Below the pieces are notes generated by a model. The model had not been told where the DNA came from, searched no databases, and was given only the letters and a program-made list of their open reading frames with translations. The position numbers and the translations under genes were made by a program. This document shows positions 62,309 through 64,000 of a stretch of 64,000 bases of DNA, piece by piece. The stretch's first letter is position 1. Each line of letters opens with the position of its first letter. Source of the DNA: Candidatus Binatia bacterium (GTDB lineage: Bacteria > Desulfobacterota > Binatia > DP-6); assembly GCA_035650655.1 (NCBI GenBank), contig DASRHG010000146.1:5923-69922 (forward strand), written 5' to 3'.

Positions 62309-63507
62309 GGCTCGACCTCGAGGAGCGGCGGGCCGCTCCGGCCGAGGAGCGCGCCGAGCGGCGCCGCCTGCCCGCAGGGCCACGTGAGCCGCGGCATCTG
62401 CATGCGGCCGAGCGCGCACACGCGCGCGACGCCGCGCGCCCGGAGCGCGGGCGCGAGCGGGGCGGCGTCGACGCCCGCGAGCCCGACGCACTCGATCGCG
62501 CCGGGCGGGAGGAGTGCCGGCAGCGCGGCCGGGGCGGGGAGCGGGTGGACGCGGATCGTCCGCAGGGCGCAGGTCGGGCGGAAGGCCGGCTCGGGGTCGT
62601 AGACGACGGCGCCGCCGGGGCCCGACCACGCGGCCGCCCCGGGCGTCCACTCCGCCTCGTCGAGCAGCACGCGCCGGGCGGCCCGCCCCGCCACGTCGGC
62701 GCCGATCGGCGGCAGCTCCGCGGCGACGGCGTCGAGCGCGCGCGCGAGGCGTGCCGCGAAGCCGCGCGCGTCGCCGGCGACCCACACGGCGTGCGGCGAG
62801 AGGCAGCCGCGCTGCTCGTAGAGCGCGACGTCGCGCGCGAGCGCCGCGGCTGCCGCCTCGGGATCGGCGTCGCCGACGGCGGCGACGCTCCAGCGCGGTC
62901 CGTGCGCGACGAGGCGCGTCCGGCTGCGCGCGGCGAGCGCGGCGACGGCGTCCGCCCCGCCGCTCGCGACGACGACGTCCGCCCGGCGGAGCGCCGCCTC
63001 CTCGCGCGGGCGGTCGCCGCCGGGCCAGTACGCCGCAACGACGGTGTCGGCGAGATCCGGGTCGGCGGCAGCGAGCGCCCGGACGAACGCGGGAGCGGAC
63101 GCCGTGTCGTGCCGGCCCGACTTGACGACGACGGCGGCGCCGGCGAGGCAGCCGAGGGCGATCGCGGGGAGCGCGAGCGCCGGGACGTTGCTCGCGAGCA
63201 CGTGCGCGACGACCGCGGGACCGTCCGGCGCGCCGCGCCGGAGCGCGCCCGGACCGTGCTCGCGCTCGACGAGCACGCCCATCGCGTCGGGCTCGAGCGC
63301 GCCGGCCGCGAGCGGCATCACGGCCGCCACCATCGCGGGCGCGAGCCGCGCCTCCTCCGGCAGCCGGGCGGCGAGGACGCCGTCGTCGCGCCAGCGTGCG
63401 GCCGCGGCGACGAGCGCAGCGACCGTCCGCTCGAGCGGGCGGTCGCGGAGCCGCGCGCGTGCCTCGACGGCGCGCGCGATCGCGGCGTCGAGCGCGGCCG
63501 GCGTCAC
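62305..63507 (-). CDS. LuxC-family acyl-CoA (fatty acyl) reductase
   Basis: VAHVLASNVPALALPAI..AVVVKSGRHD and YEQRGCLSPH (catalytic Cys region), typical of the LuxC family. GTG 63507 overlaps the luxE-like stop. Confidence 0.7.
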   Translation of the reverse strand: MTPAALDAAIARAVEARARLRDRPLERTVAALVAAAARWRDDGVLAARLPEEARLAPAMVAAVMPLAAGALEPDAMGVLVEREHGPGALRRGAPDGPAVVAHVLASNVPALALPAIALGCLAGAAVVVKSGRHDTASAPAFVRALAAADPDLADTVVAAYWPGGDRPREEAALRRADVVVASGGADAVAALAARSRTRLVAHGPRWSVAAVGDADPEAAAAALARDVALYEQRGCLSPHAVWVAGDARGFAARLARALDAVAAELPPIGADVAGRAARRVLLDEAEWTPGAAAWSGPGGAVVYDPEPAFRPTCALRTIRVHPLPAPAALPALLPPGAIECVGLAGVDAAPLAPALRARGVARVCALGRMQMPRLTWPCGQAAPLGALLGRSGPPLLEVEP

Positions 63508-64000
63508 GTCGCCTCCAGGGCGTCGAGCAGCATCCCGCAGCCGCGCGGGACGGCGCCCGCGACGCGGCCCACGACGGCGATGCCGTCGTCCCCGACCGCG
63601 TGCCCGAGGTCTTCGGTCAGGACGACGGCGGCCGAGCCCGCGTTCGCGAGGTCGTGATGGCAGAGGAGCCCCGTCGCGCCGGGCGGGACCGGCGCCAGCG
63701 TCTCGGGGTCGAGCACGCGCGTCCGGAGCCACGGCGGGCCGACGAGCCGGCGCGGGGCGAGGCTCCGGCCGGCGAACCGGTCGGCGAGCGCGCTGTCGTA
63801 GCGCTGCGAGGAGAGCTCCGTCATCCCGTACTCGTTCACGACCCAGTAGCCGGCGACGCCGAGGAGCGTCCAGCATTCGCGCAGCATCGCCGGGCGCGAG
63901 AGCGGACGCGTCATGCCCTTCGCCCCGCCCGTGTCCATGACGCGCGTCCCGGGTCCGAGGCGGAAGCGCGTGCCGCGAGCCCGACAGGCGTCGAAGAGCC
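63504..64000 (-). CDS. LuxE/PaaK-like acyl-protein synthetase (adenylate-forming), N-terminus outside window
   Basis: ..GTRVMDTGGAKGM.. and VVNEYGMTELSSQRY, then a C-terminal ..GRV.....RGCG. The ORF continues upstream of track start 63938, through the window edge. Confidence 0.7.
   Translation of the reverse strand, partial: LFDACRARGTRFRLGPGTRVMDTGGAKGMTRPLSRPAMLRECWTLLGVAGYWVVNEYGMTELSSQRYDSALADRFAGRSLAPRRLVGPPWLRTRVLDPETLAPVPPGATGLLCHHDLANAGSAAVVLTEDLGHAVGDDGIAVVGRVAGAVPRGCGMLLDALEAT

Overview
This is a 64-kb, very GC-rich chromosomal segment from a diderm (Gram-negative) bacterium: KDO/LPS, Lpt, Lnt and FadL genes are all present. The exact taxon cannot be determined from the sequence. 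The gene content looks like a high-GC deltaproteobacteria/Myxococcota-like lineage, but that is inference only. About 60 real CDS can be supported. Many long Arg/Ala/Pro-rich ORFs in the track are alternate-frame or antisense shadow ORFs typical of high-GC DNA, and they were ignored.

Layout:
- 1-16.1 kb: thioredoxin, then a tightly coupled supercluster kdsB-pyrG-kdsA-kdsD-lpxL-lptCAB-rpoN-hpf-ptsN-hprK-rapZ-EIIA(Man)-ptsH, followed by metK-ahcY.
- 16-24 kb: hemW, lexA divergent from an ATP-dependent DNA ligase, mltG-ruvX, an M23 peptidase, and a GDPD gene.
- 24-31.5 kb: cysQ-like and deoxyhypusine-synthase-like genes, then pgpA-cinA-thpR-recA-pilT-recX.
- 31.5-35.8 kb: MOSC, CHI-like, NUDIX, HAD and FadL genes.
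- 35.8-42.7 kb: an accessory, decayed stretch. It holds a sigma-54 activator remnant, a frameshifted OM barrel, a CoA-disulfide-reductase/rhodanese gene, a glycosidase stub, an IS630 fragment fused in frame to a methyltransferase, a lipoprotein, and a shortened sirtuin.
- 42.7-61 kb: an F420/LLM oxidoreductase, an ECF sigma module, an RNA methyltransferase, a TPP enzyme, alaS-phoH-ybeY-lnt-prfB (programmed +1 frameshift), a GT39 gene, a Tat-SOD-like/DUF1259 pair, a hydrolase, and an MscS-cNMP channel.
- 61-64 kb: a coupled luxE-luxC-aminotransferase operon that is cut by the window edge.

No rRNA, tRNA or CRISPR array was seen. I do not see a complete, convincing novel multi-gene system. The best leads are:
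- the promoter plus terminator leader that ends on the kdsB ATG;
- recX and the GDPD gene, both of which lack any canonical start codon;
- sigma-54-type promoters at unexpected genes, next to a destroyed activator;
- the IS630-HTH/methyltransferase fusion;
- the LuxE/LuxC/transaminase operon.
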